A stretch of DNA of 64,000 bases. Origin: Alphaproteobacteria bacterium (GTDB taxonomy: Bacteria > Pseudomonadota > Alphaproteobacteria > RF32 > CAG-239). Positions 18,751-28,326 of the stretch are shown here, piece by piece. The notes under the pieces were generated by a model. It had not been told where the DNA came from. It ran no database searches and was given only the letters and a program-made list of their open reading frames with translations. Numbering within the stretch: the first letter of the stretch is position 1; each line of letters opens with the position of its first letter. The DNA lies in assembly GCA_017467515.1 (NCBI GenBank), contig JAFUSU010000030.1:215-64214 (forward strand), given 5' to 3'. The position numbers were made by a program, and so were the translations under genes.

Positions 18751-20777
18751 TTTAAAACTCCAAACAAATTGATAACGAAGGATATAATCATAACCACAAC
18801 GGAGAGTAAGCAAGCTCCTTTAATAGCCATATCTTTTGCTGCAATTTCCCACCGATTATCGTTAGCGGTTAACATCTTTTTCTCATTTAGCAAGCGAGCG
18901 ACGGTTTTGCGAGCTACATTATACTCAGAATTATCTTTCTGGCGAGCTTCTTCATTTTCCAGAAGTTCTTGCATTTCATAGAGCTTACCCGATTTATTGA
19001 CTCTCAAAATTTCTTTTTCTAAAAACTTTTGATATTTAACGTTATGGTAGCTCTTGATTAAGGGCATTGCAAATACGCTTAACCATTGTGATAACTTTGG
19101 TAATTCCTGTGGGCCGAATTTGTTTTGCATTGTGGTGTATAAACGCAGAATGGCACTGGCTTCCAAAGCTTGAATTTTAGAATTGAGATCAATCAGGATA
19201 CCATCTATTTTTTTACCTAATTTACAGCGCAAATAAGCAATCAAATGATTATCATAGGGCTTATCTTGAGAATTGTTGTAATTGTTATTTAAGGTTCTCA
19301 AAATTCTCGTTGGTGTTGAGATATAATCATTGCTGACGAGCTTGCTGAGACAAGGAATATCCTCGTCCATTTCGTACATAACACGGTCAATTCCGTAGCC
19401 GATAGCTTGGCTTTGAACATAGTTTCTGATTTCGTTCACAAATGCAGGCGTTCTGATATCTTCTTGATTCAAGTACCACAATCTTAAAACATCGTGACTG
19501 CATAAACGAGCATAATCATTCAAATCAAGATTATTGCGATAAGCATAATAGATTGCTTTGCTTAATCCATCAGGAAAAATACAAATTTTCCCTAATTTAA
19601 GCGGAAAATGAGGCGCTAAATAAGTGCAGATTTTAGCAATAGACAATTCGTGATTCGGAGAATTATCCACGGTTGATTTTACTGTTTTATCAATAGCCAA
19701 AGCTAATTCTTCGTTTTCGAGATTGGTTTTTATCCAATCGATTAAACGTCCGCCGTTATAAAGTTCATAAGCTTCTTTCGGAGATTGCATAATGGCATAA
19801 GCGACTTCTGTCTGGCCATAATACTTTTGATCGCGCAGAATAAAGGCTTTTTTGGTCGGTGTATTCTCTGAGGAAAAAGTAACTTTCCCCGTTTTGTTGG
19901 CTAAAGATTCCAGTGCGGAAGAAATATTCCAACGCTGAACAGGGGTATCAGTAAGCATATTTCTTAAAATGTTGCTGAAGGTTCCTGAAATTTTTGCGCC
20001 GCTGCATAATGCCGTATAGCTGTCTTTTTTGAGCTTCATATTTAAAATTTCGGGAGCGGATAATTCAAGACCTGTTTCTTTACCGAGATAAAGGAATAGT
20101 CCCATAACCCCAAGTGCATAAATATCATTTTTTTCAGATCCGTTTCCTCGTCCGGCTTTATCTGCCATCAGAGAGGATATGGTTTCATAAACGGCAGGTT
20201 GATGAAAAGCAGGGAAAGAAGCAGCGCAATCACCCAAAACAATGTTTTTTTTTGTTTCATCCAGATAAAACAAATTACTTAAACGAATAGAACGATGAGT
20301 GATTCCGTATGTTTTGAGTTCTTGCAGAGAATCTAAAATTTCCAAAAATAGGTTTTGTATCGCACCGGTATCATTGTGAAAAGGTAAATTCATATCATCA
20401 ATAACTCGACCGCCGAGCGGGCGCGGATAAATCAAAACCATTGTGGCTTCGGCAGCTCCGGGGGCAACAATCGTTCCGTATTCTATTAACCTTAATAAGT
20501 GAGGGGCGTTGAGTGTTTTAAGATAAGGAAGAATAGAGAGTCTCGGGGCTGTTTCACGAGAACAAACAAGAGCAAAGAGCAATTTGTCTTTGTCAACAAT
20601 ATCGTTGACTTTATAAGCCTTTGCACCGTTTGTATCCAAAGTTTGAATAGGTTCTGAAAAATCGATAATATATCGTTCTTTTAATTTAATTTGAGAGGCA
20701 GTTAAAATGGCATCCGCCGGAATAGAACTTCCGCCTGATGCCGAACCGTTCTCATTTGATTGCAACTCATCACTCAT
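18747..20777 (-). CDS. Ser/Thr protein kinase-like protein (probable pseudokinase) with C-terminal TM
   Basis: Hanks-fold remnants GITHRSIRLSNL, LGDC, YE and DIYALG; C-terminal TM helix. Confidence 0.8.
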   Translation of the reverse strand: MSDELQSNENGSASGGSSIPADAILTASQIKLKERYIIDFSEPIQTLDTNGAKAYKVNDIVDKDKLLFALVCSRETAPRLSILPYLKTLNAPHLLRLIEYGTIVAPGAAEATMVLIYPRPLGGRVIDDMNLPFHNDTGAIQNLFLEILDSLQELKTYGITHRSIRLSNLFYLDETKKNIVLGDCAASFPAFHQPAVYETISSLMADKAGRGNGSEKNDIYALGVMGLFLYLGKETGLELSAPEILNMKLKKDSYTALCSGAKISGTFSNILRNMLTDTPVQRWNISSALESLANKTGKVTFSSENTPTKKAFILRDQKYYGQTEVAYAIMQSPKEAYELYNGGRLIDWIKTNLENEELALAIDKTVKSTVDNSPNHELSIAKICTYLAPHFPLKLGKICIFPDGLSKAIYYAYRNNLDLNDYARLCSHDVLRLWYLNQEDIRTPAFVNEIRNYVQSQAIGYGIDRVMYEMDEDIPCLSKLVSNDYISTPTRILRTLNNNYNNSQDKPYDNHLIAYLRCKLGKKIDGILIDLNSKIQALEASAILRLYTTMQNKFGPQELPKLSQWLSVFAMPLIKSYHNVKYQKFLEKEILRVNKSGKLYEMQELLENEEARQKDNSEYNVARKTVARLLNEKKMLTANDNRWEIAAKDMAIKGACLLSVVVMIISFVINLFGVLK

Positions 20778-20897
20778 AAAACGCACCCATCTAGTTTAAT
20801 CTTTTCTAAAATAATATATATGATAAGAGTTAATAAATTATTGTTTTTTTGCAAAAATGGTCTAGGATGCATAAAGATTTTGGGATTTAGGTGCTTT

Positions 20898-21893
20898 ATG
20901 AGTAAGATTGCAGAATATAAGAAAAATTTTATAGAAACGCGTGTAAGTGATGAAAAGGATTTAAACGCTGATGAACCTTTGATTTCAGAGGGAATTTCTC
21001 ATATCGGAAAATACATTTCCGATATGGATATAGCTATTCCTGATGCTGTACATGGCATTTTTGATAAAATTGATCGCCCGATTCTCATTATTTGTGATGA
21101 TAATATCGAATATGCCAATAACGCTTTTCTGAAAACGTTGGGATATAACGATATACAAAAAGTTTTGCATGAGAAATTTCTTAAATTTGTATCTCAAGAT
21201 GATTGGAATTTTATTGCGGAAAATATTGGTGATATTTTAACCGGAAACGGAATGATGGAATTAAGAATGCTTAATGCCAATTATAAAGTTATTAAAATGT
21301 CATTTGATACCGTTTATCTGGAAGATACAATGCATTTTTGCTTTATTCTGATGGGACGTCCGGTTGAAGTTAAGGTTTCAGCCAATGCAATGATGTATGA
21401 TGAACAGGTCGGTTTACCGAAGTTCTATCTGTATGAATACAGTGTGCAAAGTGCAATTGATTATGAAAATCATAAAGATCCTTCTTTGAAACGCAATAAA
21501 ATTGCGGTTTGTGGCATTGCTATCAAGAATTTTACAGCCCTGAAAAATGACGGACAATCTGAATTTGTAATGCAACGTATAGCCGAAAAACTCTTATTAA
21601 GTTTGAATAAACTTTATACGGTTGCCGTTGGCAGTAAATATCAGTTCTGGATTTTAATGCCGGATATGAAAAATGATGTTGAAATTATCCAAGAAGTTGA
21701 GAAAATTCAAGCGATATTAAACCAGCCAGTTGCAAATACCTTTGCGCATTATGATGTATCTGTTGCAATCGGTGTCAGTATATATCCGGATACGGCGCAA
21801 TCCGCTAAAAAATTGATTTCACAGTCAGAAATGGCCATTCGACAGGCCTTAAAAGACCAAAAGAGTAAAGTTGTTTATTTTGGAATGATTTAA
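20898..21893 (+). CDS. PAS + degenerate GGDEF domain protein
   Basis: PAS motif IEYANNAFLKTLGY; GGDEF-fold motifs YDEQVGLP and SVAIGVSIYP...LISQSEMA; the signature reads GSKYQF. Confidence 0.8.
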   Translation: MSKIAEYKKNFIETRVSDEKDLNADEPLISEGISHIGKYISDMDIAIPDAVHGIFDKIDRPILIICDDNIEYANNAFLKTLGYNDIQKVLHEKFLKFVSQDDWNFIAENIGDILTGNGMMELRMLNANYKVIKMSFDTVYLEDTMHFCFILMGRPVEVKVSANAMMYDEQVGLPKFYLYEYSVQSAIDYENHKDPSLKRNKIAVCGIAIKNFTALKNDGQSEFVMQRIAEKLLLSLNKLYTVAVGSKYQFWILMPDMKNDVEIIQEVEKIQAILNQPVANTFAHYDVSVAIGVSIYPDTAQSAKKLISQSEMAIRQALKDQKSKVVYFGMI

Positions 21894-22627
21894 TCAAAAA
21901 AGCTCTTACCGCTACGCAGAATATCAAAAGCTTTTGGGGTATAACCTTCATCGGAATGAACGATAAAAGCAGGCAAAATTTCAGTCGGTGCTTTTGAATC
22001 TTTTTTGGCAACAATCATAACGCGCTTAGCTTTAGATAAATCTTTGGTAAAAAGGGGAATAATTTTGATATTGCCGAGTTTTTTGTGAATGGCAAACAAG
22101 ATATCGTCAACAGCTTCAGCGCGGTTAATCATATAAAACATTCCTTGGGGAGCCAACATTTTGATGCAAAATTGGATCCATTCATTCAGATTAAAATCTG
22201 TATGATTATGAGCTTGCGCTTTACTTGCGTTAGGCGAGGGCATATCGTGATCGGTATAAGGCGGATTGCTGATGACGTGTTGAAAAGAACAAGGTTTGAT
22301 AAAATCAGGCTTATTTTTGATATGACACTGAAAGTAGTGCAAGATATTTTCAAAATGATTGGCTTGAGCACTCAGATTTGACAATGCGGTTAATTCAGGC
22401 TGAAGTTCCAAGCCGATAATTTGCGGATTTTGTGTCTTAAACCGCTCGGCTAAGCAAAGAGAAATCGCTCCTGTTCCGGAACCGACATCAAGAATTTTAT
22501 CGTTTTCTTTGATTTTATGCACTAAAGATGACACCATAATCGCATCGGTTGAAGCGCGGTACCCGTTAACGGGTTGAAAAATTTTTACCCGCTTATCCAG
22601 TAAATAATCTTGCGTATAGTTGAGCAT
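21890..22627 (-). CDS. yfiC: tRNA1(Val) A37 N6-methyltransferase family
   Basis: Motifs QPVNGYR..TD, LDVGSGTG and SNPPY. Confidence 0.85.
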   Translation of the reverse strand: MLNYTQDYLLDKRVKIFQPVNGYRASTDAIMVSSLVHKIKENDKILDVGSGTGAISLCLAERFKTQNPQIIGLELQPELTALSNLSAQANHFENILHYFQCHIKNKPDFIKPCSFQHVISNPPYTDHDMPSPNASKAQAHNHTDFNLNEWIQFCIKMLAPQGMFYMINRAEAVDDILFAIHKKLGNIKIIPLFTKDLSKAKRVMIVAKKDSKAPTEILPAFIVHSDEGYTPKAFDILRSGKSFFD

Positions 22628-22707
22628 AACATCAAACTTTCTTATTGCGATTATTCAAACAGTGTGTATAACTTAGCGTAAGTTTTGAAGAAAGAAAAGA
22701 GAAAAAG

Positions 22708-23505
22708 ATGAAAAAATTCGGAGTTAAGCTGTGGAGCAGAGATTTTGCAAAAAATCCTGAATTTGCAAATCAAAGTGTAGCCGCAGTAAAAGAGGGATAC
22801 TTTGATTATATTGAATTGTTCGTTTTACCGGATAGTTATAATGAATTTTATCAGAAAATAGCTGATGAATTTAAGGGAATAAAAGTTTTAATTCATGCAC
22901 CGCACAGTGTTTTTGGTTTAGATACGGGAAATGAAGAGCGATTCGCACAAAATTGCGAGGATTTAAAAGCATCGCAACAATATGCTGATTTACTGCATTC
23001 TGAGATAATTATTTTACACCCCGGCTTTAATGCTCAAGAAAAATATTTGGCAGAAACAATACGTCAGTTTACGGCAATCAATGATAGTAGATTAACTGTT
23101 GAAAATTTGCCTTATCTATGTACGGCAACCGGAAAATATTTGCATGGAACATCGCCTCAACAAATAAAGCAAATCATGGACGAAAGCGGCTGTCGGTTTT
23201 GTTTGGATTTTTCACACGCTATTTGTGCTGCCAATTCATATAAAAGAGATAAGATAGCAGATTTAAGAGCTTATCAGGAATTAAAGCCGGTAATGTACCA
23301 TTTATGCGATGGAGATTGGTCAAGTTCTCGAGATGAACACCGCCATTACGGAGAGGGAAATTATCCGCTGGCAAAGTTGCTGAATGAATATACCGATGAC
23401 AATACTTACATTACAATGGAAACGGGAATGACGAAGCCGACGGTAATTCAGCCTTGGCTCGATGATATTAGATATTTGAAAAGTTTACTTAAAAATATAA
23501 TTTGA
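22708..23505 (+). CDS. Xylose-isomerase-like / AP endonuclease 2 TIM-barrel metalloprotein
   Basis: Motifs IHAPH, LHPG, ENLP, LDFSHA, HLCDG, DEH and E. Confidence 0.8.
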   Translation: MKKFGVKLWSRDFAKNPEFANQSVAAVKEGYFDYIELFVLPDSYNEFYQKIADEFKGIKVLIHAPHSVFGLDTGNEERFAQNCEDLKASQQYADLLHSEIIILHPGFNAQEKYLAETIRQFTAINDSRLTVENLPYLCTATGKYLHGTSPQQIKQIMDESGCRFCLDFSHAICAANSYKRDKIADLRAYQELKPVMYHLCDGDWSSSRDEHRHYGEGNYPLAKLLNEYTDDNTYITMETGMTKPTVIQPWLDDIRYLKSLLKNII

Positions 23506-23518
23506 CAAAATTTTTGTC

Positions 23519-23547
23519 TTTACAACCGTCAATAAATATGATATATT
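23519..23547 (+). promoter_or_regulatory. sigma70 promoter of the orphan gene at 23588
   Basis: TTTACA-17 nt-TATATT with TGn extended -10. Confidence 0.6.
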
Positions 23548-23587
23548 TTATCTTGATAAAGTAATTATTAATTAATCATTTTAAAAT

Positions 23588-24109
23588 ATGGAAAAAAATA
23601 AAATTTTCGGGTTATTTGATTTTATGACCCGTTCAGGAAAAAGTATTTTTGTCAATGATTTCTCAGGTTGGGGAGAGGCTGCAAAGATACCGGGATTTTC
23701 GAGTTTCGATTCTTCTGAAGGAAATGGTATCCGCTCTGAAGCAACTGGCGCCGAATTTGACCCTCAATACGAGAGTATCAGACGTGGCGACCACCTCGAG
23801 GTACAGTACCGAGACGAGGGAAAGCTCATCGATCGCATTACCCTAGGTGACCTATTTCCAAAGGGCACACCTGTGGTAATCGTAACCGGTTCAGAGGCTC
23901 TTCGCCGCGTTTGCCCGATGTTCAAACGACGTTCCGAAATGATGGACTGGATGCATTTGGTTTGCCAGTATGTTGAGGCACGTGCCTCCAGCTCCGATCC
24001 CGTCCCATACTATTGGGAAAGCAATATGCTTGAACTGGCGCGGTATCTGTACGAGAATCAGCCAGACAAGATTACGGACCGGAGCATTTACGACAAGTGC
24101 GTGCTCTAA
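23588..24109 (+). CDS. Orphan hypothetical protein (173 aa)
   Basis: Clean ORF between its own promoter and terminator; visibly GC-richer codons than the host genes. Confidence 0.75.
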   Translation: MEKNKIFGLFDFMTRSGKSIFVNDFSGWGEAAKIPGFSSFDSSEGNGIRSEATGAEFDPQYESIRRGDHLEVQYRDEGKLIDRITLGDLFPKGTPVVIVTGSEALRRVCPMFKRRSEMMDWMHLVCQYVEARASSSDPVPYYWESNMLELARYLYENQPDKITDRSIYDKCVL

Positions 24110-24116
24110 AAAATTT

Positions 24117-24152
24117 AAACGCTGATTGCTTTATGCAGTCGGCGTTTTTTTT
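24117..24152 (+). terminator. Rho-independent terminator
   Basis: AAACGCTGATTGC / GCAGTCGGCG-T8. Confidence 0.85.
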
Positions 24153-24153
24153 A

Positions 24154-24182
24154 TTGCCAAAGACAAATGATGTGTTTATGAT
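24154..24182 (+). promoter_or_regulatory. Putative sigma70 promoter of trpS-kdsB
   Basis: TTGCCA-17 nt-TATGAT. Confidence 0.55.
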
Positions 24183-24214
24183 AATCCCCGATTGATAAGC
24201 AAAAGGAGATTAAA

Positions 24215-25267
24215 ATGGATGTTGTTCTGACCGGTGACCGCCCGACCGGAAAATTGCATATCGGGCATTATGTCGGCTCACTTCGTCGCCGTGTGGAAAT
24301 GCAAAACAGCGGTAAATACAAAGATATTTATGTTTTTATGGCCGATGCTCAGGCTTTAACCGATAATGCCGATAATCCGGAAAAAGTTCGTAAAAATATT
24401 ACCGAAGTTGCGCTTGATTATTTAGCGTGCGGTATTAATCCAAAAAAATCAACCATTTTTATCCAATCACAAATTCCTGAGTTGTGTGAACTGAGTTTCT
24501 ATTATATGAACTTGGTTACTGTTTCTCGTTTGCAACGTAATCCGACCGTTAAATCAGAAATTCAAATGCGCGGATTTAAGAGCAGTATTCCGGTCGGTTT
24601 CTTTACCTATCCGATTAGCCAAACGGCCGATATTACCGCATTCAAAGCAAACATTGTTCCGGTGGGGGAAGATCAATTGCCGATGCTGGAACAGGCTCGT
24701 GAAATCGTTCGCTCATTTAATCAAATTTATGCACCGGTTTTAGTTGAGCCGGAAGCTGTGTTGCCGGATAATAAACAATGTATGCGTCTCCCCGGTTTGG
24801 ATGGTGCCGCCAAAATGAGTAAATCTCTCGGTAACTGCATTTATTTGGCGGACAGCTCCAATGACATTAAGAAGAAAGTTCAAAGTATGTTTACGGATCC
24901 CTTGCATTTGCGCGTTGAAGATCCGGGGCATTTAGAAAACAATACGGTTTTCACCTATTTAGATGCTTTTTGTAAAGATGAGCATTTTGCCGCCTTTTTA
25001 CCGGAATATGCCAATTTAGATGAATTAAAGGCACATTATACGCGTGGTGGTCTGGGTGACGGTAAGGTGAAAAAGTTCTTAAATGAAATTATGCAGGAAG
25101 AATTAAGACCGATTCGTGAGCGTCGTGAAGAATTAGCTAAAGATTTAAGCTATATCTACCAAATTTTACGCGAAGGAACAGAGAAGGCCGAAGCGGTTGC
25201 CGCTCAAACTTTAGATGAAGTCAAAAGTGCAATGAAAATTAATTATTTCAAAGATAATAATTTGTAG
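24215..25267 (+). CDS. trpS: Tryptophan-tRNA ligase
   Basis: Motifs [20 protein letters not shown] and KMSKS. Confidence 0.97.
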   Translation: MDVVLTGDRPTGKLHIGHYVGSLRRRVEMQNSGKYKDIYVFMADAQALTDNADNPEKVRKNITEVALDYLACGINPKKSTIFIQSQIPELCELSFYYMNLVTVSRLQRNPTVKSEIQMRGFKSSIPVGFFTYPISQTADITAFKANIVPVGEDQLPMLEQAREIVRSFNQIYAPVLVEPEAVLPDNKQCMRLPGLDGAAKMSKSLGNCIYLADSSNDIKKKVQSMFTDPLHLRVEDPGHLENNTVFTYLDAFCKDEHFAAFLPEYANLDELKAHYTRGGLGDGKVKKFLNEIMQEELRPIRERREELAKDLSYIYQILREGTEKAEAVAAQTLDEVKSAMKINYFKDNNL

Positions 25268-25276
25268 GAGAAAATA

Positions 25277-26050
25277 ATGTCAAAAGTTATTACAATGATT
25301 CCGGCGAGAATGGCATCTTCTCGCTTACCGAATAAACCTTTACTTGATATTAACGGCAAACCGTTAATTCAGCGTGTTTATGAAAATGTAAAAGCCGCCA
25401 TTCACGGAGATGTGGTGATTGCCGCCGGAGATAAAGAGATTGTTGAAGCTGCAGAAAAATTTGGGGCAAAAGCCATTTTGACAGATCCGTCATTGCCTAG
25501 CGGGACAGATAGAATTGCCGTTGCCTTAAAAGAATTAGATCCGGATGGCAGTAAATATGACATTGTTGTCGATTTTCAAGGAGATGGCTTAAATGTTGAT
25601 CCGAAAGTAAATCTTGATTTGATCGAGATGATCGAACGTACGGATTGCGATATTGCCACTTGTGGTATGAAGTTTAAGAATGAAGCAGACATTAATGATC
25701 CGAGTATGGTTAAAATTTGTATGGGGTTAAGAGAAGGAGAAGACGAGGGCAGATGCTTGTATTTTACACGCGCCGCCGCACCTTATATTCGTGATCCGCA
25801 AAAACCGGTCAACAAAGATTACTATCATCATATCGGAATTTATGTATTCAAAGCATCTTCATTGCAAAAAATCGTTTCATTGCCGGTTGGCGTTTTGGAG
25901 GCAAGAGAGTCTTTGGAACAATTACGTGCTCTTGAAAACGGTATGACTATTCGGGCTAAAGTTATTAAGAATATGAAGTTGGTTGATAATGCACCGGCTG
26001 ATATTAATACACCTGAAGAATATCAGGAAGCCCTAAAGTGGATTAAGTAA
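25277..26050 (+). CDS. kdsB: 3-deoxy-manno-octulosonate cytidylyltransferase
   Basis: Motifs IPARMASSRLPNKPL, SGTDR, QGD, HIGIY and ESLEQLRALENG. Confidence 0.95.
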   Translation: MSKVITMIPARMASSRLPNKPLLDINGKPLIQRVYENVKAAIHGDVVIAAGDKEIVEAAEKFGAKAILTDPSLPSGTDRIAVALKELDPDGSKYDIVVDFQGDGLNVDPKVNLDLIEMIERTDCDIATCGMKFKNEADINDPSMVKICMGLREGEDEGRCLYFTRAAAPYIRDPQKPVNKDYYHHIGIYVFKASSLQKIVSLPVGVLEARESLEQLRALENGMTIRAKVIKNMKLVDNAPADINTPEEYQEALKWIK

Positions 26051-26069
26051 CATATTGAGAAAAAACATT

Positions 26070-26107
26070 AAGATACCTCTCCAAGATATTAGAGAGGTAT
26101 CTTTTTT
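26070..26107. terminator. Terminator between kdsB and aaxC
   Basis: AAGATACCTCTC / GAGAGGTATC-T6. Confidence 0.8.
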
Positions 26108-26113
26108 GTAGAA

Positions 26114-27601
26114 CTATATTGTGACAATTCCTCTGCAAAAGGCGTAAATTGCCCATAAGGCCAACAGCACAATCAGTGTGGCCAGCCAGCATTCCTGTTT
26201 GGAAAAGGCTGGGGCTGTTGGCTGATTTTCCTTGCAAGCTCTGATATAAACCGGTAAGCCGCAAGCAATAATAATCATTGCCAATAAAAGATATTTTAAT
26301 CCGGCGGCATAAATCAGCCAAATAGCATAGCAAGCACCCAAAATAGCGGTGATTAAGGCTGTGGAACGAGAAATAACGGGAGAAGAATACTCTCCGTCTT
26401 CACATAATTTCCACAAATAAGCACAAGACATAAAATAAGCAGGAAGAACCATAACACCGGTAATACTGAGCATTGTATTCCATGCATTATTTGAGAAATA
26501 AGCCAAGAGCAGAAACAATTGCATTGCGCCGGATGTTATCCATAAAGAAGCGGCTGGTGCTTTATGGTTGTTTTCATAGGCAAAAAATTTAGGAAAAGTT
26601 CCGTTTTCAGCTGCCGCTTGTGGAATTTCAGCAGTTACCATTGTCCAAGCCAACCAGCTGGTTAAAACGGAAATCAGTAACCCGATATTCATAAGCCAAG
26701 CTCCGCTCTTACCGATAACTTTTTCCAAAATTCCTGCTGTTGAAGGATTGGGAATATTAGCCAATTCGGCTTGCGACATATAGCCGTATGGCAGTAAAGA
26801 TAAGAGCAAATAAATGCCCAAACAACCAATAAAACCAAGCAAGGTTGCTTTTCCGACATCATTCGGATGAGCTGCCCGTTTTGACATCACGACGGCACCT
26901 TCAATACCGATAAAAGCCCATAAAGTGACAAGCATTGTGCTTTTGATTTGAGCTGATAATCCTCCCAATTTTGCTTTTGTTGCGAGTGCTTCTCCCCAAA
27001 AATCGGTATCAAAAAGACCGAGCTTAAAGACGCACAGCATAATAAGAATAAACAAACATAAAGGAACAATTTTGATAATTGTTCCGATTGTATTGATAAC
27101 GGTTGCTTGCTGAACACCTCTTAAAACCAAAAAGTTAAATCCCCATATCAGGAGAGAACCGCCGATAATAGAGGGAAGCGTATTTCCACCTGCAAAATAG
27201 GGAGGGAAAAAGTAATTAAGCGCGTCCATTGTAATGATGGCATAACCGACATTACCGCATACTTGGCATAGCCAATAAGACCAACCGATTGTAAAACCGG
27301 CATAAGGACCAAAGCCTTCCCGACTGTACATATAAATGCCGGTTGTCATATTGGGCTTAACCTGAGATAAAATGCTGAAAGTATTGGCAATAAAAAAGAT
27401 GCCGATACCGGTAATGAGCCAAGCCAGTAAAACGGCACCCGCAGAAGCCCCCTGTGCCATATTTTGCGGCAGACTGTAAATTCCTCCGCCAATCATTGAA
27501 CTGATGACAATGGCCGCTAAAGCCAAAACGCCGAGGCCTTTGGGACTTTGTACGGTAGAGGGCCGAGATGTCTTAATTAAAATTTTGTGTTTATTAGCCA
27601 T
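26114..27601 (-). CDS. aaxC: Arginine/agmatine antiporter (APC family)
   Basis: Motifs [15 protein letters not shown] and [13 protein letters not shown]; directly downstream of the arginine decarboxylase. Confidence 0.85.
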   Translation of the reverse strand: MANKHKILIKTSRPSTVQSPKGLGVLALAAIVISSMIGGGIYSLPQNMAQGASAGAVLLAWLITGIGIFFIANTFSILSQVKPNMTTGIYMYSREGFGPYAGFTIGWSYWLCQVCGNVGYAIITMDALNYFFPPYFAGGNTLPSIIGGSLLIWGFNFLVLRGVQQATVINTIGTIIKIVPLCLFILIMLCVFKLGLFDTDFWGEALATKAKLGGLSAQIKSTMLVTLWAFIGIEGAVVMSKRAAHPNDVGKATLLGFIGCLGIYLLLSLLPYGYMSQAELANIPNPSTAGILEKVIGKSGAWLMNIGLLISVLTSWLAWTMVTAEIPQAAAENGTFPKFFAYENNHKAPAASLWITSGAMQLFLLLAYFSNNAWNTMLSITGVMVLPAYFMSCAYLWKLCEDGEYSSPVISRSTALITAILGACYAIWLIYAAGLKYLLLAMIIIACGLPVYIRACKENQPTAPAFSKQECWLATLIVLLALWAIYAFCRGIVTI

Positions 27602-27613
27602 TGCACTATTCCT

Positions 27614-28210
27614 TTACAGTGTTGACTTAAAAGTAACAGGCTCGGCATAGTCAAAATTTAAGAATCCGAGGGCAGTTAAGCTGTATCCGAATTCTTGCTC
27701 GATATTTACAAAATTATGCCACATCTGAAATTCGGAATGTTTTTCGACACCGCGCAGTTCCAATTCGTGGTTAAGAGATTTGTTAAGCCACATACGAGCG
27801 TGACCTTCGGCAATCTCATTATCAATATGTGTATCAAAAAATTCAACATATTCGGCAGCCCAACCGCCGATAAGCTCACCTTTTTTGTCTTTACCCCAGC
27901 AGATACCGACACCCGTGGCAATAGCCTTGTGTTCATCGCGTTTTGCCCCGTGTCCGGCCATAATAACCTCTAAAACGGCACCGTGCTTAAATTGTTTGAC
28001 AATATCATCAGTCAAAGGAACAATATTGCCGAATAATTCTTTTGGTAAAACAGATGTATAAGGAACAACATTAAAGTTTTCAATTTTGGCTTCCATCAAT
28101 GCAGAATCATAGCAAAATGTTTCAAACGGTTGCGGTGGAATACCGTCATTAGCTTGTCCGGCACCACCGGTAATAAATGCCATAGTCGGATAACGTACGC
28201 CTTTTGTCAT
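27614..28210 (-). CDS. aaxB: Pyruvoyl-dependent arginine decarboxylase (Chlamydia AaxB type)
   Basis: [25 protein letters not shown]|SVLP (self-cleavage site), [10 protein letters not shown] and GGWAAEYVE; ATG 28210 after AGGAG. Confidence 0.92.
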   Translation of the reverse strand: MTKGVRYPTMAFITGGAGQANDGIPPQPFETFCYDSALMEAKIENFNVVPYTSVLPKELFGNIVPLTDDIVKQFKHGAVLEVIMAGHGAKRDEHKAIATGVGICWGKDKKGELIGGWAAEYVEFFDTHIDNEIAEGHARMWLNKSLNHELELRGVEKHSEFQMWHNFVNIEQEFGYSLTALGFLNFDYAEPVTFKSTL

Positions 28211-28287
28211 TTGTTTTCTCCTTATCTGATTAATAAAAAAACGTCGCAGATAAGGTAATAATGATTTTATTGTTTTCAATAAGGCAT

Positions 28288-28324
28288 AAAAAAATCCTAC
28301 CGGTTATAACCGATAGGATTTTTT
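28288..28324 (-). terminator. Rho-independent terminator of the orphan gene
   Basis: Minus strand AAAAAATCCTATCGGTT-AT-AACCGGTAGGA-T7; the single mismatch is a G-U pair only on the minus strand. Confidence 0.85.
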
Positions 28325-28326
28325 AA

